This document shows, one piece after another, positions 39,934 through 52,422 of a DNA stretch of 64,000 nucleotides. Both the position numbers and the translations under genes were made by a program. This DNA comes from Octopus sinensis (lineage: Eukaryota). Location: NCBI RefSeq assembly GCF_006345805.1, contig NC_043006.1, positions 58,962,001-59,026,000 of the forward strand, given 5' to 3'. The notes under the pieces are model-generated. The model saw only the letters and a list, made by a program, of their open reading frames with translations. It was not told the DNA's origin and made no database searches. Position 1 is the first letter of the stretch; the number at the start of each line of letters is the position of its first letter.

Positions 39934-40137
39934 GAGTGAGAGAGCAGTGCATGCCATCAAAGTGACACTGGGGTTAAATATACGAAGCCCAGTATACCCA
40001 TCATGACTACCCGTTTGATAAGGGTACACCAGGCACATGCATCACAAACATTTGTGCGCGACATGGTGATCTCATATCAAGATAAACAGCGCATAACCTT
40101 GCAGGTGAGGCCCAGTTAGAATTTTCTTCTGGTCGAG
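39934..40137 (-). mobile_element. Short 3'-end fragment of a retroelement ending in (AAT)n
   Basis: Non-repetitive 204-bp insert bounded by (ATT)n at 39874-39933 and 40138-40156; the minus strand ends ...ctctctcactc followed by (AAT)n. Identity as a Dong-type 3' UTR is inferred from context. Confidence 0.5.
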
Positions 40138-40156
40138 TATTATTATTATTATTATT

Positions 40157-41056
40157 CAGTAGTTTTATTTTTATAGCGTGCTTTCACTTCACTACCGAGC
40201 GCAGCTCTGTGTGCCTTGGGTATGTGCTGCGATTTGTTGTGATGCTCTGATGGTTATTGTATGGAAAGTGTTCTGCGTAGGATGTGTGCAGTGCCTAGTA
40301 GTGCAATTTTCTGTATGTTATATGTGTTTGTAAGTCCTGGTGTTTTTGTTATGTATTTGTCTGAATATTTTTTATCATGCCTAATGCACCTACTATGATA
40401 GGAATTGTTTCTGTTTTTAGATTCCACATTCTGGTTACCTCTATTTCCAGGTCTTTGTATTTTGAAAGTTTCTCCATTTCTTTTAGAGACACGTTGTCAT
40501 CTGCTGGTATTGATACATCAAGTAGAAAGCATTTTTTTTCTTCAGGATCTCTGACAACTATATCTGGTCTGTTGGCCTTAATTTCTCTATCTGTGTGTAT
40601 CGGCATATCCCAGAGTATGGTTGCTTTCTCGTTTTTTGTGACCTTTTCTGGTGTGTGCCTATACCATCTTTTTTCTGTTGTTATTCCATAATGTTGGCAT
40701 AGCTTCCAGTGTATGTAGGTTCCAACTCTGTCATGTCTGTGAATATATTCCTTCTTAACCAGGACTGGGTAGCCAGAGATAATATGATTTATTGTTTCTT
40801 TTCCATCTCCACATATTCTGCAGTTACTTGTTATATTTCTTTTCATTACATGTTTTTGGTAATTTCTGGTGGGGAGGCTTTGGTCTTTTGCTGCAATTAA
40901 AAATCCCTCTGTCTCTGCTTTGATTCCTGAGCTTCTCAACCATTGCTGGGATTTTTCTTTGTCTATTTCTTTTGCATTTAGTTTAGTCCAGTACTTACCA
41001 TGAAGGGGCTTTTCCTGCCATCGTTTTATCATGGTTCTTTGCTGTTCCAGTTTTAG

Positions 41057-41057
<1 letters not shown>
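40157..41057 (-). mobile_element. 5'-truncated Dong/R4-like retrotransposon (zinc knuckle plus restriction-like endonuclease)
   Basis: ORF 40349-41032: WQEKPLHGKY...CRICGDGKETINHIISG...RHD...LWDMPIHTDREIKANRPDIVV...DVSIP...EKLSKYKDL...PIIVGALG. The frameshifted end is LGTAHILRRTLSIQ*. (ATT)n on both flanks. Confidence 0.9.
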
Positions 41058-41124
<67 letters not shown>

Positions 41125-43057
41125 AAAAATAAAAGCGTAAGGCTACAAAAACCTGATGGGAAGGGACACCTCGTGACTTTTCGATGCCTTATTTTTTCGG
41201 CCCTTGATACTGGTGGCTTTTTTTTCGACGTTGGCTTAAATTAATGTTCTGAAGTCAAAGACAAGTAATCATTTGCAATTAAGCAAATAATCACTGCATT
41301 TGTTATTTAAATAATAAGCAAAATTTTACAGGGGTGAAGTATATTAAATAGAAATACCGCCATTACATTACTAAACTCTGTTTTAATGTTCAAAGAAAGC
41401 TGATAGGTAAAATCGATCTCACGTAGATCCGGATACTGAAATAAGAGATGAAATTACATACAGTAATGCATTTAATCTTCGATTTACTCTATGTCTTTTC
41501 TACATACATCGATCTTTCCATTTGCAAACGATACTCGAAGCATTTCAGGATAAAAGATATTATCAGAAATGTTTTTCGTAAAGAAAAATTAGAAAAAACA
41601 AAAACAGCTTAAAATATACACCGACAAAAATAAATACATTTACAGAACCTGACGTTTAATGACATTTTTCTAAGCGAAGCAAAGCTACAACGATTAACGA
41701 TATTATGAAAATAAATTGTAAATTGACAAATCTGCAATATTTGACAGGATGTTTCGTTAATGAGATATTATTAATTGGATAGAGTGCAAGCTACAACATA
41801 TACATTTTCCCGTTTGTACTTATCTGTAATGTATGGCTTCTTCGATCCATTAACGTGACTGACTGTTACTGCCTGCTAAAGCATGTTAACTCTTTAGATA
41901 ATTACGCGGCAGCTTTCTCTAATAGCACTTTACTTCTGGTCCATTAAATTAAATCAAAACTGACCACCTGTTGCGGAACAAATTGGAACATAATTCTTTT
42001 CCACGCAATCTAAGACTTATCCAAATGCACTAATGACATCTATGTTAGGAATGATCACATACAAACTGTTATATTTGTATGTCATACACACATACACACA
42101 CATATGTAATATCATAATTATATATTCATATATTACAATCACATACGCATATATATATATACATATTTATACACACATTTATTCCTACCCCACACAAAGG
42201 ATATGCATACACACAGACACATAGACAGACAGACACACGCACACATGCATATTAACAATCGCTTTACAATACGAATGAAAATATTTCTTTAGTATAAACC
42301 GATTAGCAAAGATAAAAGTGAAAAAAAATCAGATTTGGAGCAATAATCTAATGATATACATAAAGGTAGAGAAATATTATGATAATATATATGTACAGCT
42401 TGAGCGGAGAGACACATGAAAAGTGAGTTGAGCTACATATTGAGATAAATATACAGTATGTCCTAGATGTTCTCCAGATACGATCGTGTTTCTAGCAGTG
42501 GACGTTCATAGTAATATATGGATATATATATAAGGCCTTCATGAGTGGGAATATCAAGAATGCATGGCGATTATAATGTTTATATACATCGCATTATAAA
42601 AATTTGTGATTCACATAAGTGATAAGAAATACCCACCACCAAAAATTAACACTTGGAATCATTAGATCGTCTAGGAAAAATATGCTTCGAGTTAACAACG
42701 AATATTTTTAAAATCTGACACACAACAAAATCATACGATTAGGTTGAGGAATGTGTTTCCAAAAAGGAAAACTATAATTGTCACAAAATATGACGACCAT
42801 CGGGCTTCTTACTGATCCTGTCTACTAAATTCACTTAGAAGGCATTGGTCAACATGTGGCTATAGTAGTACTTAGCCCGAAACATCGTGGTTGCGAAACC
42901 AGCTTCTTAACAATGAGCCATACAAGACTTTCTACTTGCAACCTTTGGCTTTCCCTAACGCTCAACCATCTCAGTAGTAATAAGGATCGACGTTGCTTAA
43001 CTCCGATGATCTGATGAGAACTGGTGCAAAGTAAATGAGAAATTAAGAAAGTGCGTC

Positions 43058-43088
43058 TGTAACGTTTCGAGCTTCTGCTCTTCATCGT
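43058..43088 (-). ncRNA. Degenerate minimal hammerhead motif
   Basis: Minus strand: ac GATGA a gagc agaa gctc GAAACGTTA cag. The first two core bases are altered. Confidence 0.4.
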
Positions 43089-43379
43089 GTTTGTAAATAT
43101 TGCTGACAACACTCAGTCACATGTTTAATCATAAAGCAATGGCACCTGCTGTTATACCTCTCAAAAAAGAGCAGCAGATCGACTTTACCACCACCGTTTG
43201 ACAACTAGTGCTGACTCGTTTACGACCCCGTCACTTAGCGGTTCGACAATACGATAAAATAACTGCCAGTTTTAAAAGACCAGTACAACTAAGACCCTTC
43301 GTTCGACTAAAAGCCTACATGTTCTATTTTATTAACATATTATACGACTAAACGCACGCACCCTAATAAGTAATATTGT

Positions 43380-44130
43380 TCTGTTTATCAAGTTAGCCTT
43401 GATATTAACTCTCACGCGACTCTGCATCTTTCTTTCTTTCTCTCCCATTCCCCTTTTTCGTCTTTTTTTCCCTCACTTAACTTGTCTCTTCCTCTCTCTC
43501 TCATTCTTCATTCTCTCTCTCCCTTTCACCATTCTTCATGGTCTCCTCGCACCATTCCCCTTCTTCTCTCTCTTCCTCTTGCTCCTCCTCCCCCATTCCC
43601 GTCGTCCATCTGCGACGATACTTCCGTCGTAACTGCTATCCTGTCTTTTCTCGCCCGCCTTCTAAGGCTACTGGTCGACACATTTTCTCTCTCTCGTCGT
43701 CCACGATAATCCAGCGTTTGCAATACTTTTTTCGTCTGGCGTTAACAGCCCTTCTTATCATGTTCTCCTTGTCCTGTCTCTCACTGTTATATTTTTATTT
43801 TTCCACTGTTTATATATATATTTTTTACTGTTTATATGTTTGTACTGTCGTTACCGTCTTGCCTTTTTTTTTTTTACCCCTCTGCGAAAAGATCTCAGAA
43901 TTTTAATTGATTTGCTTTTCGCGGGAAGGAAGTTTTCTTCGAAGTATACGTCTCGCTTTTATCCTTCGAAACGTTTAGTAGATGAAACCTTAGCGACTGA
44001 AGAAGGGGATTTTTCGTTGTGCTTATTGTCCTGTATCTCTCTTTTTTTTTCTTGTCTTGTTCCTTGGTTTGTGTCTATGTGTTTCGTCTCTCTATGTGTT
44101 CGACGTCTTTTTGGTGTCCTGTACACATAT
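43380..44130 (+). mobile_element. Penelope-end-like repeat with pyrimidine-rich 3' region and hammerhead core remnants
   Basis: Contains atccttcGAAACGTTTA and CTGAAGAagggg remnants, a pyrimidine-rich tail, then (TA)n. Confidence 0.35.
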
Positions 44131-44285
44131 ATGCGTGTATATGTACATGTAGAGGTAGGTACGTACATATATGTTTATATATATGCATATGTTTTATTTT
44201 ATAACATATATATATATATATAATATATATATGTATATATATATATGTATATATATATGTATATATATATATGTATATATATATG

Positions 44286-44350
<65 letters not shown>

Positions 44351-44453
44351 GTATATATATATATGTATTATATATATATATATATATATATGTGTATATA
44401 TATATATTATATACATACATATATAATATATACATATATACATATATATATAC

Positions 44454-44506
<53 letters not shown>

Positions 44507-44616
44507 CATATGTATATAATATATATGTATATATAATAATAAATATTAGGGAATAAATCCAAATTTACAGGGAAAAAATCAGATTTAGGATTAAATCCAA
44601 TTTTATAGTAAAATAT

Positions 44617-44823
44617 TATAAAATATTATTAGAGACAAAACCACTATTTTGCAAAACAAACAAGGAAAGACTTAATCAATACATAAAATTTTAATAAATA
44701 GTAAAAAAAACCGCCACTACAATTGTTTCTTGTCTTGATCGACAATCTTCAGGTGGACTACCAATAAGTCAGTTTCAAATTATGTTTTGCAAATAGTGGT
44801 TTTGTCTCTAATAATATTTTATA
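44617..44823. repeat. 41/42-bp inverted repeat enclosing a hammerhead motif
   Basis: tataaaatattattagagacaaaaccactattttgcaaaaca (44617-44658) versus tgttttgcaaatagtggttttgtctctaataatattttata (44783-44823): perfect apart from one indel. Confidence 0.95.
44714..44756 (-). ncRNA. Type I minimal hammerhead ribozyme, intact
   Basis: Minus strand: ccac CTGAAGA ttgtc gatcaa gacaa GAAAC AATT GTA gtgg. Stem I 4 bp, stem II 5 bp, palindromic stem III ACAATTGT. Confidence 0.8.
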
Positions 44824-44849
44824 TGTATATATATATATATATATGTATA

Positions 44850-44882
<33 letters not shown>

Positions 44883-44947
44883 ATGTATATATATATGTAT
44901 ATATATATATATGTATATACGAGAAGAAGCAACAAGAATGGATTAGT

Positions 44948-45036
44948 TTTTAGTATAATTGTTTCATACAAAGACAGGCTTTATTACAAGTTGCAAAATT
45001 GCAGCAGATAAAGTGTCCCGTACTCATCAGCTAAAA
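44948..45036 (-). ncRNA. Type I hammerhead ribozyme with extended stem II, one stem III mutation
   Basis: Minus strand: ttttag CTGATGA gtac gggaca ctttat...ataaag cc tgtctt t gtat GAAAC AATT ATA ctaaaa. Stem I 6 bp; ACAATTGT altered to ACAATTAT. Confidence 0.7.
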
Positions 45037-45411
45037 TACATATGAGTTCTCTAGACATCTTAGTGGGTGAGGTTATACTCATGAAATATTGGAGATAATT
45101 CCATTAAAGGCAGATATAGGTTGTAAACAGTTTTCCAAAGTTCCTTAATGATGATGCACAGTCTTATCACAGATTTTTAAAAACTTATTAGTTTCGAAGA
45201 GAAGATGAATTAATCCATAGTGTAGATTTAAATTTCCAGAGATATGAGGAGGATGATGCACAGACTTATCACAGGTTTTTAAAAACTTATTAGCTTCTCA
45301 GAAAAGGTGAATTAATCCGTATATATGTATATATATATATGTGTGTATATATATATATATATGTGTATATATATATATGTATATATATATGTATAAATAT
45401 GTATGTATGTA

Positions 45412-45452
<41 letters not shown>

Positions 45453-45725
45453 TATAAATCCAAAATTCACAACTTGCCCACTTTACAAATTCAGTGACAG
45501 CGTAACCTTCACCCAACGCCAAAATAAAGAACTTTATTTCATTAGAAAATTCGGACCAAGTTTGAACACCCTGGGCCAGTAATGTTAAAACAATACATTG
45601 GTCTTCCGAAAAGAAAAATGGAATTCTGCCACAACCACCACGATCACTACGACTGCTGCTACTATCACAACTACTACAACCACCATGGTCACTACTATTA
45701 CTACTACGATCAACAGTCCCCCACT

Positions 45726-45756
<31 letters not shown>

Positions 45757-46656
45757 CCACAGCTAAGCTACTACAACCAATGAGCTGCTGCAACCCCACC
45801 CACAACCACGGTTACTACTACTACGACCAACAGCCACTGCTGCTACTGCCATTGCAGCCGCTGGTCATTCGGACACATAAGAGAGCTAAAAACAACCACG
45901 TGGATTCTGTTGAGACCATTAAGAAACAATTATGAACTTTTTTATTACACTTAAATTTTTAAAATATTTTTGATAAGAAGAACCGAAACATGTAAAATTT
46001 CTATGAAAATTAAAATTTATCTTATATAGTGACGTTTTCAAACTTCTTTTTTATAAATATATATATATATATATATAAATAATATAGAAACATTAATTCT
46101 CTATTGATTTACCAGATACGATAAATTGCAGGGTTCCATATAAATGTAGAGTAATCTTTGATATTTTATTACGGAAAGGATCCAATTTCTTGCATTTAAA
46201 GTTACTCGTTCTCGATCATCAGCTGATAAAGAAGGCATGCGTTCCTTTTGAGATATTCACCGGTTGAATATCTTTTGAAATATGAAATGAAAGTTTGAAG
46301 AAAACGCTTACCGTATGTTTATTTTTCTATAAAACCCTTTGTGGAAAACACTTGCAAAAACTGCTGCTACAAGCTCACGTTTTTGTTATTTCCATGAGAA
46401 TCAGAAATGAAATAAAGAAAAAGGTGAGACTGAAGCAGCCGTTTGTGCTCGTGCCGTTCATAAGGTTTTTAAACAAAAGAACATAAAGATACGCTTTTTC
46501 TTTAAAGTTTCGTATTAAAAAAAATCAAGCAATGAATATTTCAAAAGAAAAACAGGCTCTCTTTTCCAGCAGCTGATCAGAAAAGTGTTACTCTATATGG
46601 AAATTGGAGTCTTTCAGTTATAATGTAAGTATATGTGTGCATAAATATATTCTTTA

Positions 46657-47088
46657 ATTCTTTTATTCTGTTACTAGTTTTAGTCATTAGACTGTGTCCA
46701 TATCTAGGGCACCACCTTAAGGAATCTATAGTCGAATGAATCGACCTCAGTATTAATTTTTTTTCTAAGCTTCGTACTTATCCTATCGGTTTCCTTTGCC
46801 GAACCGCTAGATTACGGGGACGTAAAAATCAACACCGATTGTCAAGCGGTGGTGGGGAACGAACAGAAACAGACACACACACACACATACTCACGCACAT
46901 GCGTGCATGCACAGACACACACGCGTGCGCACGCACACGCACAAGGCGGGCTTGTTTCAGTTTCCATCTACGAAATCCACTCACAAGGCTTTGGTCGGCC
47001 CGAAGCATTAGTAGAAGGCACACGACCAAGGGACTGAACCCAGAACCATGTGGTCAGGAAGCAACAAGCTTCTCATAACACAATCACG
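46657..47088 (-). mobile_element. SINE type B copy
   Basis: Reverse complement of the type B tail, body and head. Confidence 0.85.
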
Positions 47089-47285
47089 CATATATATATT
47101 ATATATATATATATATATATATGCATTTTTTTATCTCATTACACAAAAATTCATATATATATATATTAAGAAAAAAGAAAATGGAGATAATTGATGATGG
47201 CAACCACCACCACCACCACGAAAACCACGGCCACGACGACCGTCACCGCCGCCGCCGCCGCGCCGCCGCCGCCGCCACAACCACC

Positions 47286-47321
<36 letters not shown>

Positions 47322-47879
47322 GCTGTTTCTTTGGTCATTTTGCTATATTAATGATATACTATACGAAAAGCTAATGAGGAAACCAGTTTATGGTCACTTC
47401 AGCTGCGAGAAAAAGCAGCCAAACCCCCGTTTTAAATAAAAGGAAAGAGCACACTAAATAATTATAGTCCAGTATGCCCTTAAAAAAGGATGGTGCACTC
47501 GCGCCTAGAATGCCTTTGATCATAGGATTTCATGGTTATCAAAGCTTGCCTGTGGTTAAACGACAACATTGACGATGCGGAAAATATTGCCTTTGGCATC
47601 CTTAAGATCTTTAGTCATGGTTCGATAATTGATAATTTTGTTACTAAAGGATAAATTAAAACTACACACATTATACTATTTAGAATTAAGCGTTTCTAAT
47701 TAGCTTTGAAATGAAATGCCGATCAATATATTTAATATCACTCGTTATTTTCTTTCGGTTGATTATTTTTCGCAAAACATACTTCGAATATTCTTCAAGC
47801 TTTACCGAGCAAGTAATCATACATATAATATGTATGATAGTTAATGGAGGTTTTTCTGCAAGTACAATATATATGTATA

Positions 47880-48257
47880 TGCAGGCGTGGCTGTATGCTA
47901 AGAAGCTTGCTTTCCAACTACATGTCGCCTAGTTCAGTCCACTGTGTGGCACCTTGGGCAAGTGTCTTCTACTGGTTCCTTGGGCAGACCAAAGCTTTGT
48001 GAGTGGATTTGGTAGACAGAAACTGAAAGAGGTCCGTCGTATGTATGTGTTGTGTGTGTGTGTTTGTGTCTTTGTTTGTCCCCCCGTCACGACTTGACAA
48101 CCGCTTTTGGTATGTTTATGTTCCCGTAACTTAGCGCTTCTGCAAAAGAGGCTTAAAAAAGTGTTAGGGGTATATTTATTCGACAAAAAAATTCTTTAAC
48201 GCAGTGCCCCAGCATGGGCTGCATTCTAATGACTGAAACAAGGAAAAGCAAATAAAA
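47880..48257 (+). mobile_element. SINE type B copy
   Basis: gcaggcgtggctgtatgctaagaagcttgc...gtggcaccttgggcaagtgtc...cagcatgggctgcattctaatgactgaaacaag. Confidence 0.85.
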
Positions 48258-48479
48258 TGGGAAAAAATGTGTGTGTCTTTCTTTGATATCTATTTTAAGT
48301 TTTTTTCCCTTTGCAAAATTCAAACCAATCACTGATAAGTGGCAAGGAGTGTGTGAAAGATTCTCTGAATCAATGCAAAATTGAAACAACTGATTGGGAG
48401 TCTTCAGAGCTAAAAATTATTGGTGCACAAAAATAACTAACGGCGCCTGTAAGTTTCGGGAATTTTAATTAGGATGCGC

Positions 48480-48710
48480 TAATGTGAAGCAAGCAGAAAC
48501 AAAATGAACCTTTTGGTCCAACAGTCCCACATTTTGAGAGTGATCAATATGGAGAAGTTTGTTTCCCCAGAGTTGGTCTCACAAGCCACCTACGCAAACA
48601 CGTTGAAAGGCCTCAGGCTGAATACTAGTACGAGTGAAATCTTCATACATGGGTACACCGAGCGATTACTGTGCCCCGTTATAGGTGTAGCGGCCCAATG
48701 CTAATATATA
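48480..48710 (+). mobile_element. Possible RTE-like LINE 3' end with C2H2-like terminus
   Basis: ESDQYGEVCFPRVGLTSHLRKH resembles the CxxCGxxCxSRxGLxSHxRxH terminus of RTE/Expander ORFs. Confidence 0.4.
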
Positions 48711-48879
48711 TAAGCTATGGTTTGCTGACATATCCAAACGTTTCTGCCAATTTGCCGACTTTGAGCAGCAACAACAGTTTAAGTGGAAATATCAATTTTA
48801 ACCACAAGCCAGAAATGGATCACTGGCATAATTCTTCTTAGACAGCAATTCCAAATTTTGGATAAACAAGAATGATTTT

Positions 48880-49065
48880 TTTAACGGAAATGAACGGCGA
48901 ATTGCTACAGCGTTGGACAAATTGCCAAGCAGCATCTGAATGTTCTTCTTTATGTGCTGAGTTCAAATCCCACTAAAATCAGCTTTCATCCTTCATGTAC
49001 TGATATATGTTTAATCGATTTTATCCTCTCCACAAAAATGTTTGGCCTCGCGCCAATGTCAGAAA
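48880..49065 (+). mobile_element. Degenerate SINE type A copy
   Basis: ggcgaattgctacagcgttggac...ctgagttcaaatcccac...ctttcatccttc...cgccaatgtcagaaatt. Confidence 0.65.
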
Positions 49066-49344
49066 TTAATAATTTTGTGAGCGTTATAGAGCAAGAGATA
49101 TGCGAAAAGGAGAAACCCCGATACAGCAAATTCACTTATTTATATATTTCTTTATTTTACAGCGTGATTGATAAGTAATAGTGCTATTGATGAACAACAT
49201 GCCAAAGACTGTTTCATTGAATTTCTGACTGCGAGAATGACAAGCAAACGTCTATAACTTGGAAGATAAGAAATATCTCAAAGCAGGGCGTTCGTAAAGC
49301 ATCGTTTTTTACAGATCGTCTGTCGACATATATTTGCAAAATAT

Positions 49345-49650
49345 ACACGTGACTGTGTGGTAAGAAGCTGGCTTCCCAATCACGCGGTTCTGGGTTCAGT
49401 CCTACTGCGTGGCACCTTGGGCAACTATTTTCTACTATAACCTCGGGTCGGATTTGGTAGATGGAAACTGAAAGAAGCCCTTCATATATATATATATATT
49501 TGTGTGTTTGTATCTGTGTTTGTCCCCACCGCCATCGCTTGACAATCGATGCTGGTGTGTTTATGTTCTGGGGTCTATTTCTTCGACTAAAATCATTTAA
49601 GACGGTGCTCCGACATGACTGCAGTCAAATGGCTGAAATAAATAAAAGAT
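49345..49650 (+). mobile_element. SINE type B copy (internally deleted)
   Basis: gtgactgtgtggtaagaagctggcttccc...gtggcaccttgggc...gacggtgctccgacatgactgcagtcaaatggctgaaat. Confidence 0.85.
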
Positions 49651-49807
49651 TGGAAGAATTAGCATGTGTGTGTGTGCGCGTGTATGTGGGTAGTGTGTGT
49701 GGGTACGTGTGTGTGTGAATTATATATATATATGGATAAATAAACAACTCATTAATTGTTCAACCACAGCTATCGATCAATTAGTAGTTCAGATAGTTAT
49801 CCCATTG

Positions 49808-49838
<31 letters not shown>

Positions 49839-50053
49839 GTGGTTCGATTCAGGTACATGATGGTGATAAGTCACAAAAATGGAGTGATGGCATCCATCAA
49901 TCCTGAATTCGATCTGCGCCGAGTTGTGTCGCCTGTATATGACTTCCATATACTTTAACATCCAATGTTAATAGTGGTTGTCCCCAAGCCATATCTCGCT
50001 GTGACAAAACACGTACATTGAGGATGTGCACTCGATAACACACACTCACACGC

Positions 50054-50137
<84 letters not shown>

Positions 50138-50180
50138 GATATATATATATATATATATCTATATATATATATATACATGT

Positions 50181-50479
50181 GAGGGTGCATGGCCTAGTGG
50201 TTAGAGTATTGCACTTACGATCACTTGATCGTGAGTTCAATTCCTAGACCGGTTGGTGCGTTGTGCTCTTGAGCAAAACGCTTCATCTCGCTTCGCTCTG
50301 CGTTCACTTCGACCCCTGACGGGTGGTACACCGTGCACCTGTTCAGATAACGTCGATTTGATGGAAAGAATGAGCTAATGTGCGGCACGAACATTTGATC
50401 ACTATAAACAAACCATTTGTGCAGGATGTTGAGTACAAAGCTGAACGCTCATACCTCGTCTTCGGCGGGGGAGTCCACC
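50181..50479 (+). mobile_element. tRNA-derived SINE (type D)
   Basis: Head gagggtgcatggcctagtggttagagtattgcacttacgatcacttgatcgtgagttcaattcc has A and B boxes; its body differs from type C. Confidence 0.75.
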
Positions 50480-50513
50480 ATATAAATATATAATACGGGT
50501 ATCACCCACACAC

Positions 50514-50921
50514 TCTTTTACTCTTTTACTTGTTTCAGTCATGTAATTGCGGCCATGCTGGAGCACCGCTTTTAGTCGAGCAAATCGACCCCAGGACTTA
50601 TTCTTTGTAAACCTAGTACTTATTCTATCGGTCTCTTTTGCCGAACCGCTAAATTACGGGGACGTAAACGCACCATCATCGGTTGTCTAGCGATGTTGGG
50701 GGGACAAACACAGACATACAAACATATACACACACATACCTATATATATATATATATATATACATATATACGACGGGATTCTTTCAGTTTTCGTCTACCA
50801 AATCCACTCACAAGACATTGGTCGACCCGAGGCTATATTAGAAGACACTTGCCTAAGGTGCCACGCTGTGGGACTGAACCTGGAACCATGTGGTTGTTAA
50901 GCAAGCTACTTACCACGACAT
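50514..50921 (-). mobile_element. SINE type B copy
   Basis: Well-preserved reverse complement; the minus-strand tail is cagcatggccgcaattacatgactgaaacaagtaaaagagtaaaagag. Confidence 0.9.
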
Positions 50922-50926
50922 GCTTC

Positions 50927-50969
50927 TCCAGACTGAGGACGAGCAAAGACTCAGAAACTAGTCTCTGGA
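50927..50969 (+). ncRNA. Type I minimal hammerhead ribozyme, near-intact
   Basis: tccaga CTGAGGA c gag caaaga ctc a GAAAC TA GTC tctgga. Stem I 6 bp, palindrome ACTAGT, GUC triplet; the first stem II pair is a C/A mismatch. Confidence 0.7.
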
Positions 50970-51572
50970 TGCTGGCTTAGATGGGTGGAAGTGCTTATCT
51001 CCCCCTTGTAAACACTATTCACATATTGTTTAATTTGAGGTTATGTTAGCAAACACTTGCCGAAAGTACTCGAAATCACGTTACTGCAATAACATAAGGA
51101 GTGAAGTTGAAAAAACAGGAGTGACAACATATTGGATTAGGTTCAAACAAATGCATTTCTGCTCTTAGTTCAAAGGAGACGATGCTATGAGTAAGCATTG
51201 AAGGTTAGTAGCAACATTTATGGCCTGTTTTCCAAAATAGTAATGAGAAGGGCAAGAACTTCTCACATCCCCATATATGCTTCCCCGAAAAACCCTAGTA
51301 GAAAAATCCGATTATTTCAAAAAGAATTATGATGGTTGAAATGATAGATCACTAAATTAGAGACTTTATTCAGTTTTGCTCTGCAGTCAAATGGTGCCAA
51401 CTTCATTTCTAGAAGTTGATAAAATAAGCATCAGTAATACATAAAGTTAACTTTAATTGATCGCAGTTTTCATTCTAGTTCGAGACCGTTTCATTTCATT
51501 CGTGTTAGCAGTACCCCTGGGATATGCACGAATGTTATACTACCCTACCCCCTTTCCATCATTTTAAAATAA

Positions 51573-51783
51573 TGATTTCAAATTTTGGCGCAAGGGCAGT
51601 AAGTTCAGGGAGGAGTTAAGTCGATTACATCGACTCTAGTGTTTAACTGATACTTATTTCATCAATCCCCAAAAAGACGAAAGGCAAAGTCGACCTCGGT
51701 GGTATTTGAAATCAGAATGTAAAGACGGATGAAATGCCGCTGAGCATTTTGCCGGGCGTGCTAACGATTCTGCCAGTTTGTCG
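51573..51783 (-). mobile_element. SINE type A copy
   Basis: tttcaaattttggcgcaagggcag...aaagtcgacctcggtggtatttgaaatcagaatg...gattctgccagtttgtcgc. Confidence 0.85.
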
Positions 51784-52100
51784 CTTTTTATCTTTTTTAA
51801 AACAATAAGCGTTTCTGTATTGTCGAGCGTCGAACAAATTATCTTTCAGTATTTAGTTTCTCTTCTTTATGCACTTATTTCGAATCACACCCAAGTCAGA
51901 TTTGCCTTTTATCCGCCTGAGATCGATACTATTATTACCAGTATTGGACAGAGGTCAATATAATCAGCTGCGCCGTTTTTAAGAAATCAGTATTTCACAA
52001 CTTGGCTCTGATTCTTGATCCAATCTATTTCTGTAGATGGGTATAGGCGATTAGGTCTAACCTGGTATACTATACACTCATTATAAACATATAATTAAGG

Positions 52101-52422
52101 CACAAAATCTGTGTATTTTCCGGTAGGCTGTGATTTAGCGAGGTGGGGATGCCTGTCTTAAAGTGCAGAGTGTTAAAGCACCTGAATATCATAGACAGGC
52201 GATACAACTCACCCCCAAAACCATTCCGGAGTGATGGACATTGATGTTTCGTCATAAACCACAAAAATGGCGAAACATCGATGTCAATCGATCCTGAATG
52301 GGATCTGCTATGAGTTGGCTCGCCTGTCTATGACTGTCAGGTGTTTTAACGCCCGGCGTTTTGAGAGAGTGATTTCCACCACGCCATATCGCAGCCTACC
52401 GGAAAATACACAGTTTCTGTAC
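52101..52422. mobile_element. Foldback/MITE-like element: ~155-bp inverted arms with an 11-nt spacer
   Basis: Arm 52101-52255 (ctgtgtattttccggtaggctg...tcatagacaggcg...gatgtttcgtcat) is the diverged reverse complement of 52267-52422; spacer aaaccacaaaa. Confidence 0.8.

Noticed and set aside
46190-46225. Minus-strand CTGATGA tcg agaa cga GTAAC, a hammerhead-like string
   Set aside because: The GAAA half is mutated, and there is no stem I partner or palindromic stem III. Likely chance.
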